This document shows, one piece after another, positions 39,332 to 51,475 of a DNA stretch of 64,000 nt. The DNA comes from an uncultured Gemmatimonadales bacterium (GTDB lineage: Bacteria; Gemmatimonadota; Gemmatimonadetes; Longimicrobiales; Gaopeijiaceae). Under the pieces are notes generated by a model that saw only the letters and a program-made list of their open reading frames with translations, had not been told where the DNA came from and searched no databases. Within the stretch, counting starts at the first letter, position 1, and each line of letters begins with the position of its first letter. A program made the position numbers and the translations under genes. The stretch covers positions 1,376,001-1,440,000 of the forward strand of contig CAWELD010000003.1 of NCBI GenBank assembly GCA_963809895.1, read 5' to 3'.

Positions 39332-41989
39332 ATGCTCGCCCGCTGGCTTGTACGACTCAGGGCGCTCCTCCGCCGCGACGAGGTGGAGTCGGAGTTCGAC
39401 GAGGAGCTGCGCTATCACCTCGATCGGGAGACCGAGCGGAACGAGGCACGGGGCATGAGCCCCCGGGAGGCCCGTCGCGCCGCGCACCGGGCGTTCGGTG
39501 ACCCTGGCCGCCTGAAGGAGGAAGCGCGGGAGACGTGGCGGTGGCGTGGGCTCGACGAACTCGTTCAGGACCTGGGCTACAGCGGGCGGGGCCTCCGGCG
39601 CAGCCCGGCGTTCGCTTTCGTGGCCGTCCTCTCCCTGGGCTTCGGCATCGGCGCCACCAGCACCCTGTTCGGCGTCATCGACGCGCTGGACTTTCGGCCG
39701 TTGCCCTATCCGCGTCCGGACAGGTTGGTGTGGCTGGCGGAGTTGCTGCCTCAAGACAGCGAGCGATGCCCCGGCTGTCCGTGGTATGTCCCCCTCTCGA
39801 CTGCGGCCGCATGGCAAGCGCGGGCGCACTCCTTCGAAGCGGTGGCGACCTGGTGGCGCTCGGGTGCGTACCTCCCGGACGGTGGCGCGTCGCGTTCCTT
39901 GAGCGTCGGTCAGGCGTCCCCGGGCTTCTTCGATATCCTTGGCGCGCGCCCTCGCCTGGGGCGGACGTTTCTTCCGGAGGATACGGTGCCCGGCGCCGAG
40001 CCGGTCACCGTCCTGAGCTACACCACCTGGCAGCGCGAATTCGGCGGCGACCCTCGAGTCGTGGGGAAGCGGCTGGCGTACTTCCGGGACATGACGCTCA
40101 CCGAGTCCAGGGCCGCGACCGTGGTGGGGGTGCTGCCCGATGGCTTCCGCTTCGATCAGCAGGTGCACGCGTTCTGGATTCCCCTGTCGGCTGGCCGGGA
40201 CGGCGACGCCAGTCCGGACGGCACGTACGGAGACGTGCTTGCGCGCCTCAAGCCGGGGATCGCTCGGGACCAGGCGGAGGAGGAGCTCCGCGCCGTTGCC
40301 CGGGGCCTGCATGCCCAGGATTCGGACCCGTTCCAGGACGTCACGATCCGCCCCCTGCGGGAGCGGCTGGGGATGGGAACCGGAGAAGGGCGGGGCGTGC
40401 TCTTCGCCATCACGGGCCTGGTCCTCCTCATCGCCGTCATGAACGTCGCCGGCCTGTCATTGGCGAGAGCGGTGTCGCGCCGAAGAGAGCTGACGCTACG
40501 GGCGGCCCTCGGCGCACGCCGCGGGAGGCTCGTGCGCCAACTTCTCGTGGAGGGGACCCTGCTCGGGGTCATGGGGGGTGCCGCCGGCGTGTTGGTCAGC
40601 GGGTGGGGCATGGCCGCAGCCCGGACCTGGTTCCAACTCGGGAATGCCGCCACCTCCACCGAGCTCGACCACCGGATTGTCCTCTTCAGCGCCGGGGCCT
40701 CCCTGCTGGTGGGAATCCTGACTGCCCTCCTGCCCATCCTGCACCTCGGGCGCGGGGACGTGCACATGTCGTTGCGACAACGTCCAGGGTCCGGCTCCTC
40801 GAGCCGCGTCGGTGGGGTGACTGCGACTCTTCTGGCGGCGCAGGTGGCTGCCGGCCTCATGCTTGTCACCGGGGCGGGGCTGCTCGGCTCGGAGTTCCTG
40901 GAGGTCCGGTATCTGGACACGGGCCTCGACCCCGCGGGGCTGTACGAAGGCTACCTGTTCGGCTTCGACGATCCGGCGCTTCTCGAGTCGCCCGAAGGCT
41001 GGAGGCCACAACTCGAGGATGTCGACGCTCGAGCCAGGAGGATTCGGGGCGTGTCAGGGGTTGCCCTGCGACACTGGTCCGCCCGGTCTCCGGCCGTGGT
41101 GCGCCCCGACGGACCGGGGGCAGCCTCGCTCGACGAGCACACGCCCACGGTGCGCGCGGTAACTCGGGGCTACTTCCAGACTCTGGGGACGCCGATCCTC
41201 CGGGGCCGAGGGTTCACAGATAGCGACCGCAAGGGCGCCAGGTCCGTGGCGGTGCTCAATCGGGCCGCTGCTGCCCGTTTCTGGCCCGGCGCAGACCCGT
41301 TGGGCCGGGCAGTGTTCGTGGGTGATTCCACCGGTGCCGGTGAATGGCTCACCGTGGTGGGGGTGGTGGCAGACGTGGAGACGGGCGCGATGGTCGAGCG
41401 CCATTGGTCCGTGGTCTACCGCCCACTCGCCCAGGCGCCCATCTACCATGCGGCGGCGAGTCTCTTCGTGCGTGTTCCCTCCCGGGCACAGGCCACGCTT
41501 CAGGGGGTGCAGATGGCCGTGCGCGAAGCGCTCGGCCACCCTACCAGCACGCTCCGGTCCGTCGAGGACGAACTGGGAGCGCGGTACGTCACGGAGCGCT
41601 TCAACGCCCTGGCGTTGAACCTGTTCGCCGCCTTCGCACTCCTGCTGGCCTCCATGGGGATCTACGGCAGCGTCGCGTATCAGGTGGCGAGACGGACGCG
41701 GGAGATCGGGATCAGGGTGGCGCTGGGTGCGAAAAAGGGGCGCGTGCTGAGGCTGGTGGCACGGCACGCGGCGGGGGTGGCCGCGGCTGGCATCCTCGTG
41801 GGCCTCGGCGGCTCCATCCTATTGGTTCGCGTGCTCGGCGTCTTCGTGTCCGCAACCCGTGTCGGTGGTGACCCCTGGATGTTCGCCGCTTCTGCCGCGG
41901 TGGTCGGCGGCGTGGCGCTTCTCGCCACGTGGATCCCGGCCCGCCGCGCCACTGCGGTCGATCCCGTCGTGGCACTCCGGAGCGACTGA
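39332..41989 (+). CDS. Duplicated MacB/FtsX-type ABC permease (ADOP-like)
   Basis: DEELRYHL...GMSPREARRAA prefix, [25 protein letters not shown] and PARRATAVDPVVALR. Confidence 0.92.
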   Translation: MLARWLVRLRALLRRDEVESEFDEELRYHLDRETERNEARGMSPREARRAAHRAFGDPGRLKEEARETWRWRGLDELVQDLGYSGRGLRRSPAFAFVAVLSLGFGIGATSTLFGVIDALDFRPLPYPRPDRLVWLAELLPQDSERCPGCPWYVPLSTAAAWQARAHSFEAVATWWRSGAYLPDGGASRSLSVGQASPGFFDILGARPRLGRTFLPEDTVPGAEPVTVLSYTTWQREFGGDPRVVGKRLAYFRDMTLTESRAATVVGVLPDGFRFDQQVHAFWIPLSAGRDGDASPDGTYGDVLARLKPGIARDQAEEELRAVARGLHAQDSDPFQDVTIRPLRERLGMGTGEGRGVLFAITGLVLLIAVMNVAGLSLARAVSRRRELTLRAALGARRGRLVRQLLVEGTLLGVMGGAAGVLVSGWGMAAARTWFQLGNAATSTELDHRIVLFSAGASLLVGILTALLPILHLGRGDVHMSLRQRPGSGSSSRVGGVTATLLAAQVAAGLMLVTGAGLLGSEFLEVRYLDTGLDPAGLYEGYLFGFDDPALLESPEGWRPQLEDVDARARRIRGVSGVALRHWSARSPAVVRPDGPGAASLDEHTPTVRAVTRGYFQTLGTPILRGRGFTDSDRKGARSVAVLNRAAAARFWPGADPLGRAVFVGDSTGAGEWLTVVGVVADVETGAMVERHWSVVYRPLAQAPIYHAAASLFVRVPSRAQATLQGVQMAVREALGHPTSTLRSVEDELGARYVTERFNALALNLFAAFALLLASMGIYGSVAYQVARRTREIGIRVALGAKKGRVLRLVARHAAGVAAAGILVGLGGSILLVRVLGVFVSATRVGGDPWMFAASAAVVGGVALLATWIPARRATAVDPVVALRSD

Positions 41990-42041
41990 AGGTCACCATG
42001 AGCCGGAGGTGTCCCCCGCTTACTCGTATCCTCCGACCCCA

Positions 42042-42103
42042 CACCCAGTGCCGAGGGCGGGACTCGAACCCGCAAGGGATAACTCCCGGGCGATTTTGAG
42101 TCG
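42042..42103 (-). repeat. 62-bp exact duplication of the tRNA-Leu 3' part (att site)
   Basis: Identical to 44406-44467; weaker similarity continues in register (42016-42028 vs 44380-44392). Confidence 0.97.
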
Positions 42104-42248
42104 TGTCGCGTGGGGCCGTCATGCCGGTGCTGGTGGGCACGGAATGGCATTGTTGTCCAATGTTCGGCGGACGGCGTCCTCTCCGGCTGTGCCATCCGTA
42201 CCGATCGGTTCCTGCGGGTTACGGCACAATTGCGACACAGCCCGCGTG

Positions 42249-42797
42249 TCACGAACGCAGGGTCCCTGAAGAGGCACGGGCCAATTCTAGCCGCCGCCGC
42301 TCCATGGCGTCGTTCATTAGTTCAAGACCTCCTGATAACGATGCAGCCAACTGAATCTCGGCCCGGATGCAGATGGCCTCGACCCTTGGTCGACAGCCGG
42401 CGGTCCAGACAATCCCCCTCTGCCTGATCCGCGCATGTGCGGTTTCATGGATGATGGTCATCGCAAGCTCGGCCGCTGTTGCCTCCGCCACGTGCAGTGG
42501 GTCAAGGAAGCATGCGTGGAGGCCGTGCCAATACCAGCCCAATGAGCCTCTCGTGGTGGTCACGACGATCCGTTCAAGGTACCGTCCGACACGCCGAAAA
42601 CCCCCCTCATCGTTTTCGCGGATCGTGGTCATAGCCTCCGCCACCCTCCGGAACGTCTCGTCGGTACCTGCCTCGCACGCCTTGAGGACCACGACACTCA
42701 ACCCATCGATCTCGCGACGGGGTGACAGGAGGAACAGGATCTTCAGTCCCGCGCTGCTAATGGCTCCCCGGAATCCACTGTTCGCCACCTCGCTCAC
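42249..42797 (-). CDS. HExxH-motif protein coupled to the Rhs gene, candidate immunity protein
   Basis: GTGA overlap with the Rhs stop; IIHETAHARI; lower-GC codon usage like the Rhs tip. Confidence 0.65.
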   Translation of the reverse strand: MSEVANSGFRGAISSAGLKILFLLSPRREIDGLSVVVLKACEAGTDETFRRVAEAMTTIRENDEGGFRRVGRYLERIVVTTTRGSLGWYWHGLHACFLDPLHVAEATAAELAMTIIHETAHARIRQRGIVWTAGCRPRVEAICIRAEIQLAASLSGGLELMNDAMERRRLELARASSGTLRS

Positions 42798-44250
42798 GTT
42801 CCGCCTCCGCGGGTCTCGTCATGCGGCCCATTCTCGGGCTCCTCGGGTCTTGGAAGCTCGACCTTCGGCTTGGCTTGGTCCCGCTCAAGTTCACGATCAC
42901 GCCGGTCTTCGGGCGTCCCTCCCCCAATCCATATCAAGGCTCCTGTCACCCACGATCGGATGCGTGAGCCAATGCTCGCAACCGCGTGCCCGAAGATCTC
43001 ACGCGCGTTGGGGGAGGTAGCGAGCGTTCCCGCAACCAACCCCCCAAGGGCAATACCACCGAGAATCGGATTCACCGCGCCAGCACCCCGGACCACCAAT
43101 CCACAAACAGTGGGATTGGGCAAGCACGGGTTCAGCCCAAACGGGTCCGAGAAGCTGATCGGGTCTCCGTCGGCGTATCCGTACACGTTGAGGCCGCCGG
43201 CGATCCCGATGGGGTCTTCCTGGGTGAACTGCCCCGTCGTCGGGTCGTAGTACCGGTTCCGTCGGTACAGCAGCCCCGCGTTCTCCGCGCTCTCCCGGAC
43301 CAGGCTCCCCCACCACAGCGGCCGCGGCGGCGCCGCGCTCTCCTCCTCCAGGTACACCCGCCTCGTGTCCCCCGCGAACCGCACCCCGCTGCACCAGCCC
43401 CCGGCCGCGTATGCGCACGTCTGCCCGTCCGTCCCCGTCCCCCCCGCGTACACCCCCCGCCAGTTCCGGTACGGGATCAACGTCTCCGTCAGCGCCGTCC
43501 CCTTGATCACGTCCAGCGGCTCGTCCACCGCCCCCGTCTGCGTGTACGCCACACGCCCGTTGTAGCTGTCCCCCGTCGTGTACTGGCTCGTCGTGTTCGA
43601 CGCCCGCAGCTCCATCAGCACCTGATCCCCGTCCCACACCACTCGCTCCACCCCGGGGTCGCAGTACGTCGGCTCGTTGCACAGCCGCGTCGAGTCCGTC
43701 CGCGTCCGCACCAGCACACGCCGCCCCAGCGCGTCGTACCAGTACTCGTCGTACGCGCCTCGCTGCTTCCCGTCCGCCCCCGTGTAGCTGTAGCGCTCCG
43801 ACACCCGCAGCTTGTCGTCCGCTCCGTAGAAGTTCGCCTGCGCCGTCATCAGCTCGTACGACGTGCTCGTGTACCTCCGCTGCCAGTGGTAGCGCGTGTT
43901 CCCCGCCGCGTCGTATTGCACACGCAGCGTGTCCCACACCTGAGGGTACCCCTGGTTCACCGCGTTCGTGTGGTCCAGACGCTCGTACTCCACCGCCCCG
44001 TTCAACAGCCGCGTCACGTCGTACTGCAGGTCCAGGCCCCCCGGATTGTCCGTCCGCTTCCACCGGAACGTGCCCAGCGCGTCCGGCTGCCACTCCTCGA
44101 TCGTCGTCTCCACGCCCTGCACGAGCTTCGCCGCCCACAGCGTGCCCAGCTTCGAGTAGTAGCTGTTCGAGCTCTCGCTCGCCGACCACATCCGCACCAG
44201 CTTGTCCCGCGCGTCGTAGAACAGCGAGTCCTGGATCGGCGTGTTCGTCC
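42794..44250 (-). pseudogene. 5'-truncated Rhs-repeat protein (core + ~112-aa variable C-terminal domain)
   Basis: YDAAGN, YDALGRRV, RNRYYDPTTGQFTQEDPIG...DPISFSDPFGL. The frame continues upstream of 44197 (NTPIQDSLFYDARDKL) and then meets a stop with no start. Confidence 0.88.
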
Positions 44251-44350
44251 GCGTTCGACCCCGGCCAGCTCGTCAGGAACGTCACCGACTCCGGATCGGG
44301 CGCTGTGCCTCGGGGCGGTGCCAGGCGTCGTACTGTTACGGCACAATCAG

Positions 44351-44384
44351 AGCGGCGGGCGCCCCTAGGAAGGCCCCCGCCGCT
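44351..44384 (-). terminator. Hairpin downstream of tRNA-Leu
   Basis: AGCGGCGGGCGCC-8 nt-GGCCCCCGCCGCT. Confidence 0.55.
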
Positions 44385-44412
44385 TGCTCGTAACCGCTTG
44401 TGCCCCACCCAG

Positions 44413-44496
44413 TGCCGAGGGCGGGACTCGAACCCGCAAGGGATAACTCCCGGGCGATTTTGAGTCGCCTGCGTCTGCCAATTCCGCCACCCCGGC
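44413..44496 (-). tRNA. trnL: tRNA-Leu (anticodon CAA)
   Basis: Reverse complement GCCGGGGTGGCGGAATTGGCAGACGCAGGCGACTCAAAATCGCCC...GGTTCGAGTCCCGCCCTCGGCA: acceptor stem, D loop, CAA anticodon, long variable arm, TTCGA; CCA not encoded. Confidence 0.97.
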
Positions 44497-44623
44497 TCGG
44501 CGCCAAAGATGGGCACGGCGCGGGCGTGAGGGAAGGCTGCGCCGGCAAGAAGCTGCCCTTCGAAACGTCCCTCCGGTAGAATGTGACTCGGCCCACAGCG
44601 TCCAGATCGTCCCACGCAGCTCC

Positions 44624-45040
44624 GTGACACACCACGCCCACCGTCCTGCGATCCCCCTCGCGAGAGCGGTTCCGTGTCTCCTCCTCACCACCGCGGGCCT
44701 CCTGCTCACGGCTTGCGACAACCCCATGTCGTTGGAGGAGATGCGCACGGAGATCGAGGCCAAGAGCATCTACCGGGTCCAGTGGGACGTGGTCGAGGCG
44801 TGCGCTCAGCTCTACGGTGACTTCGACCGCCTCCGCTGGTTCACCACGCCCCACTTCCCCGAGGGCAACGGGATCCTCGGCCAATGGAACGGTCGACATG
44901 AGATCACCTTCCTCGAAGGTGCCGAGTTCAACGTGCAGGTCATCCGACACGAGATCCTGCACGAGCTGCTCGATGGTGACGGCGAGCACCTGAATCCCCG
45001 GTGGGAGTGGTGCGAGATCCCGACGGGCGTGGACGGCTAG
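44624..45040 (+). CDS. Small lipoprotein with an HExxH (zincin-like) motif
   Basis: Lipobox LLTAC; IRHEILHELL. Confidence 0.72.
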   Translation: MTHHAHRPAIPLARAVPCLLLTTAGLLLTACDNPMSLEEMRTEIEAKSIYRVQWDVVEACAQLYGDFDRLRWFTTPHFPEGNGILGQWNGRHEITFLEGAEFNVQVIRHEILHELLDGDGEHLNPRWEWCEIPTGVDG

Positions 45041-45181
45041 CCGAGCCCGACGAAACGACTGGGGCCCGCCGGGGTTCCCTACTCGTAGGCCGACGCCCTC
45101 GCTACCATAAGGGGCTGGCCCATCGAGCGACGTACGAACCCGGCGGTCCCCGGGCCGCCGTCACCGGAAGGCGAGGCACCC

Positions 45182-48055
<2,874 letters not shown>

Positions 48056-48085
48056 GATCCGCGACGCCACGCTCCGGGAGGGCAT

Positions 48086-48125
48086 CGGGCCCGGCTTCGG
48101 CGACTCAGCGCCGGGGTCGGGCCCG
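48086..48125. terminator. Hairpin between convergent genes
   Basis: CGGGCCCGGCTTCGGCG-ACTCAG-CGCCGGGGTCGGGCCCG. Confidence 0.6.
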
Positions 48126-48127
48126 CT

Positions 48128-48883
48128 TCAGCCGCCCTCTGCGGCGCTCAGGAGCTGACACGCGTAGAACGCCCGCTCCACGGCCCGCGGAAAGTCACCC
48201 TGGTCCAGAGCCTGGCGAGCGCCCTCGAGGAGCCGGCGGCCCCGTGACCACTCGACGGTGGGCTCGGCGCTGCTGTCCGTGACGGCCAACGCCGCTTCGC
48301 CCCGGGTCACCAACGCGCGCGCCACGGCTTCCGGGGCCACGGCGCGCAGCTGATCCGATGCCAGGAGGGCCTGCTCCAGGGCCCATGCGTTGCGCCCGGC
48401 GCGCAGCGCTTCACGAGCCTGTCTCGACTCTTCGCGCACCTCCGCCACCACCGGCTCGAGCACGGCCGGAAGCTCGGTGAGGCCGTCCAGCGCCATGACC
48501 GCCTGATCCACGGACATGACCGCGTCGCCCACACCCGACGAACCGAGCGCGTCGGCCAGGACTGGAGCGGCCTCATGGACCGCCACGCGACGAGCCGCTT
48601 TCTGGCCGTCCCGCTGGCCGTCGGCGCTCCAGCTGTCGCTCCAGCGAACCACTGGGACCGCCAGGGCTGCCTCGGTGCGCGTGCGCGCGGCCAGGTCCGG
48701 AAGCGACGGCAGCGCGATGTCGATGTCCAGCGCCGGCGCGGTCTCAGCCGTGACCAGCGAGGCCAGGGGATCGGTGGGAGAGTCGTGACACCCGCTGAGC
48801 GCGAACATCGCGCACAAGCACGCACCGCCGGCCAGGACGGTCCGGCGGTGCGTCGCTGTCGGGTTCACGCGGGGTGCGGGCAT
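48128..48883 (-). CDS. Hypothetical helical lipoprotein
   Basis: Lipobox ALSGC after a hydrophobic stretch; Ala-rich helical body. Confidence 0.65.
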   Translation of the reverse strand: MPAPRVNPTATHRRTVLAGGACLCAMFALSGCHDSPTDPLASLVTAETAPALDIDIALPSLPDLAARTRTEAALAVPVVRWSDSWSADGQRDGQKAARRVAVHEAAPVLADALGSSGVGDAVMSVDQAVMALDGLTELPAVLEPVVAEVREESRQAREALRAGRNAWALEQALLASDQLRAVAPEAVARALVTRGEAALAVTDSSAEPTVEWSRGRRLLEGARQALDQGDFPRAVERAFYACQLLSAAEGG

Positions 48884-48931
48884 GGAGGAAGAGTAATCAT
48901 GTGCCCCACCGCCGAGCAAACCCCGTGCCGC

Positions 48932-50278
48932 TCAGGTCCCGTGACCCACGAGGGATCCCAGGACCGGCGCCAGCACCTCGCGTAGGCCGGGCTCTCCCCG
49001 CACGTCCAACTCGTACCGCACCCGGGTGGCGGGCACCGGCATCTCCACCAGGCGGGCCAGATCGATGGGGGTCCCCACGGCGATGGCTTCGACCCCGCCC
49101 TCGGCGGCCGCGACCAGCGTCGCCTCCAGGTCCCGGACCTGCGCATCGCCGTAACCCATGGCCGGCAGGAGTGGGCCCAGATCCGGGTAGCGGGCGAAAG
49201 TGTCCTTCAGCTCTCCCACGAGGAAGGGCCGCGGATCCACGATCTCGGCCGCACCGGCCGCGCGGGCACCGAGAATGCCGGCCCCGTAGCGCATGCCACC
49301 GTGGGTCAGGGTGGGCCCGTCTTCGATGGCCAGCACGCGGCGGCCCCGGAGCACCTCCGGGTCGTCCACGGTGATGGGTGAGGCCGCCCGGATCACCGTC
49401 GCCCCCGGGTTCACCCGGCGTGCGTTCTCCACCACCCGCTCCACATCGGCGGGCTCGGCGGTGTCGATCTTGTTCACCAACACCACGTCGGCCAGCCGCA
49501 GGTTCGTCTCGCCGGGATAGTAGCCCAGCTCGTGACCCGGCCGGTGCGGATCCACCAGGGTGATGTAGACGTCGGCCTTGAAGAAGGAGACGTCGTTGTT
49601 GCCCCCGTCCCAGAGCACCACGTCGGCCTCGGCCTCGGCGGCCCGCAGGATCGCCTCGTAGTCCACCCCGGCGAACACCACCGAGCCGTTGGCGATGTGG
49701 GGCTCGTACTCCTCGCGCTCCTCGATGGTGACGTGATGCCGGACCAGGTCCTCCTCCGACGCGAAGCGCTGCACGCGCTGCGCCGCCAGGTCACCGTACG
49801 GCATGGGATGGCGCACCACCGCGACCTTGAGGCCCGCATCGCGGAGGACGCGCGCCACGGCGCGGCTCGTCTGGCTCTTGCCGACGCCCGTGCGGGACGC
49901 GCACACGGCCACCACCGGGCGATCGGATGTCAGCATGGTGCGCCGGGCGCCGCCCAGCTCGAAGTCCGGTCCCAGGGCGTTCACCCGGCTCGCCAGGTGC
50001 ATGACGTACTCGTGGGACACGTCGGAATACGCCATCACGCACCGGGTGACCCCGAGCTCACGGACCAGGTCGTCGAGCTCCTCTTCGGGGTGAATGGGGA
50101 TTCCCGACGGATACAGCGGCCCCGCCAGCTCCGGCGGGTAGCGCCGATCGTCGATGTGGGGGATCTGCTGGGCGGTGAACGCCACGACCTCGACGTCGGA
50201 GTCCCCGCGGTAGACGGTGTTGAAGACGTGGAAGTCGCGGCCTGCGGCTCCCAGGATAAGAACGCGGTCTCTGGACAT
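48932..50278 (-). CDS. Cyclic 2,3-diphosphoglycerate synthetase-like P-loop protein
   Basis: GAAGRDFH, RTGVGKS, RHPMPYG, EEREEYEPH, WDGGNND and EDGPTLTHGGM. Confidence 0.88.
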   Translation of the reverse strand: MSRDRVLILGAAGRDFHVFNTVYRGDSDVEVVAFTAQQIPHIDDRRYPPELAGPLYPSGIPIHPEEELDDLVRELGVTRCVMAYSDVSHEYVMHLASRVNALGPDFELGGARRTMLTSDRPVVAVCASRTGVGKSQTSRAVARVLRDAGLKVAVVRHPMPYGDLAAQRVQRFASEEDLVRHHVTIEEREEYEPHIANGSVVFAGVDYEAILRAAEAEADVVLWDGGNNDVSFFKADVYITLVDPHRPGHELGYYPGETNLRLADVVLVNKIDTAEPADVERVVENARRVNPGATVIRAASPITVDDPEVLRGRRVLAIEDGPTLTHGGMRYGAGILGARAAGAAEIVDPRPFLVGELKDTFARYPDLGPLLPAMGYGDAQVRDLEATLVAAAEGGVEAIAVGTPIDLARLVEMPVPATRVRYELDVRGEPGLREVLAPVLGSLVGHGT

Positions 50279-50552
50279 GGGATGGCCCTCGGATGGGACG
50301 GGAGGGTCCCTGCTGCAAGATAATGCGGGAGGCGCGGCCCGGCGATGGTGGGCTCGGCGCAGGCGGCCGGATCGCCTTGACCCGCACCGTCGCGGACCGG
50401 TACGTTCGCGCTCCTCGTCGGCGCTCTTGCGGGGATGTGCGCGAGGCCCGCGGATCCGCGGGTCGCACGCCCGAGGGAACGCCCGGGGCCCCGGGCCGTA
50501 TCATCCCGCCGACGAGGCCCCAATCCACCGACGGAACGAGAGAAGGAACACT

Positions 50553-51353
50553 ATGGCCGAGAAGGCACTGGTCCAATACGAGGTGAAGGACAAGGTCGGG
50601 GTCATCACCCTCGACGATCCCCCGGCGAACACGTACACCTACGAGATGATGCGCCAGTTGGACGAGGCGATCCTCACGGCGCGCATGGACAACGACGTCG
50701 AGGTGATCGTCCTCACCGGCGCGGGCGAGAAGTTCTTCTCGGCCGGTGCCAACATCAACATGCTCAACGAGGCAGAGCCGACCTTCAAGTACTACTTCTG
50801 CCTGCACGCCAACGAGACCCTCAACCGGCTCGAGCACACCCCGAAGCTCACCATCGCCGCGCTCAACGGGCATACGGTGGGCGGCGGGCTCGAGATCGCC
50901 ATGGCCGCGGATCTGCGCGTGGCCCGGCGGGGCGCGGGCAAGATCGGGCTTCCCGAGGTCACGCTGGGCGTGCTGCCGGGCACGGGCGGCACGCAGCGGC
51001 TCTGCCGCCTGGTGGGTAAGTCCCACGCCATCGAGATCATGGCCGACGGGGTGGTCTTCGACCTCGAGGAAGGCCTGGACAAGAACCTGGTGAACCAGGT
51101 CATCGACGCCGACTCCCACGAGGAGTTCATGACCAAGGCCCTGGACTACGCCAAGCAGTACACGACACCCAACAAGGCCTCCAAGGCCGTGGGCAACATC
51201 AAGCGGGCGGTGCAGACCGGCATCGGCCTCCCCTTCGAACAGGCGCTCACGCTGGAGCGCGAGCTGCAGCAGCAGCTCTTCCAGAGCAAGGACGCCAAGG
51301 AGGGCATCTCCGCCTACGTGGAGAAGCGCAAGCCCGAGTTCACCGGGAAGTGA
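50553..51353 (+). CDS. Enoyl-CoA hydratase/isomerase family protein
   Basis: FFSAGAN, GGGLEIA and GLPEVTLGVLPGTGGTQRL; AAGGA RBS. Confidence 0.93.
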   Translation: MAEKALVQYEVKDKVGVITLDDPPANTYTYEMMRQLDEAILTARMDNDVEVIVLTGAGEKFFSAGANINMLNEAEPTFKYYFCLHANETLNRLEHTPKLTIAALNGHTVGGGLEIAMAADLRVARRGAGKIGLPEVTLGVLPGTGGTQRLCRLVGKSHAIEIMADGVVFDLEEGLDKNLVNQVIDADSHEEFMTKALDYAKQYTTPNKASKAVGNIKRAVQTGIGLPFEQALTLERELQQQLFQSKDAKEGISAYVEKRKPEFTGK

Positions 51354-51475
51354 GTCCCGGCTGCGCCGAGCGGGGTCCGGGACGTCCCGGGCCCCGCTTT
51401 CGCATGTGTCCCGGGCTCCACCGTCGCGTGTGCCCAGCGCCGTCGACCCCGTCTCCCCCGCCCCACCAGGCAACC

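Larger units (their letters stand above)
42104..44405. mobile_element. Integrase-less island remnant at tRNA-Leu carrying an orphan Rhs cassette
   Basis: Flanked by the 62-bp tRNA duplication; GTTACGGCACAAT repeated at 42218-42230 and 44335-44347. Confidence 0.8.

Noticed and set aside
42042..42103. A second tRNA-Leu gene
   Set aside because: It lacks the 5' acceptor strand and D arm, so it is only an att duplication.
42999..44630. 543-aa ORF as a full-length Rhs N-terminus or an integrase
   Set aside because: It is an off-frame shadow that runs through the tRNA, with no Rhs or recombinase motifs.
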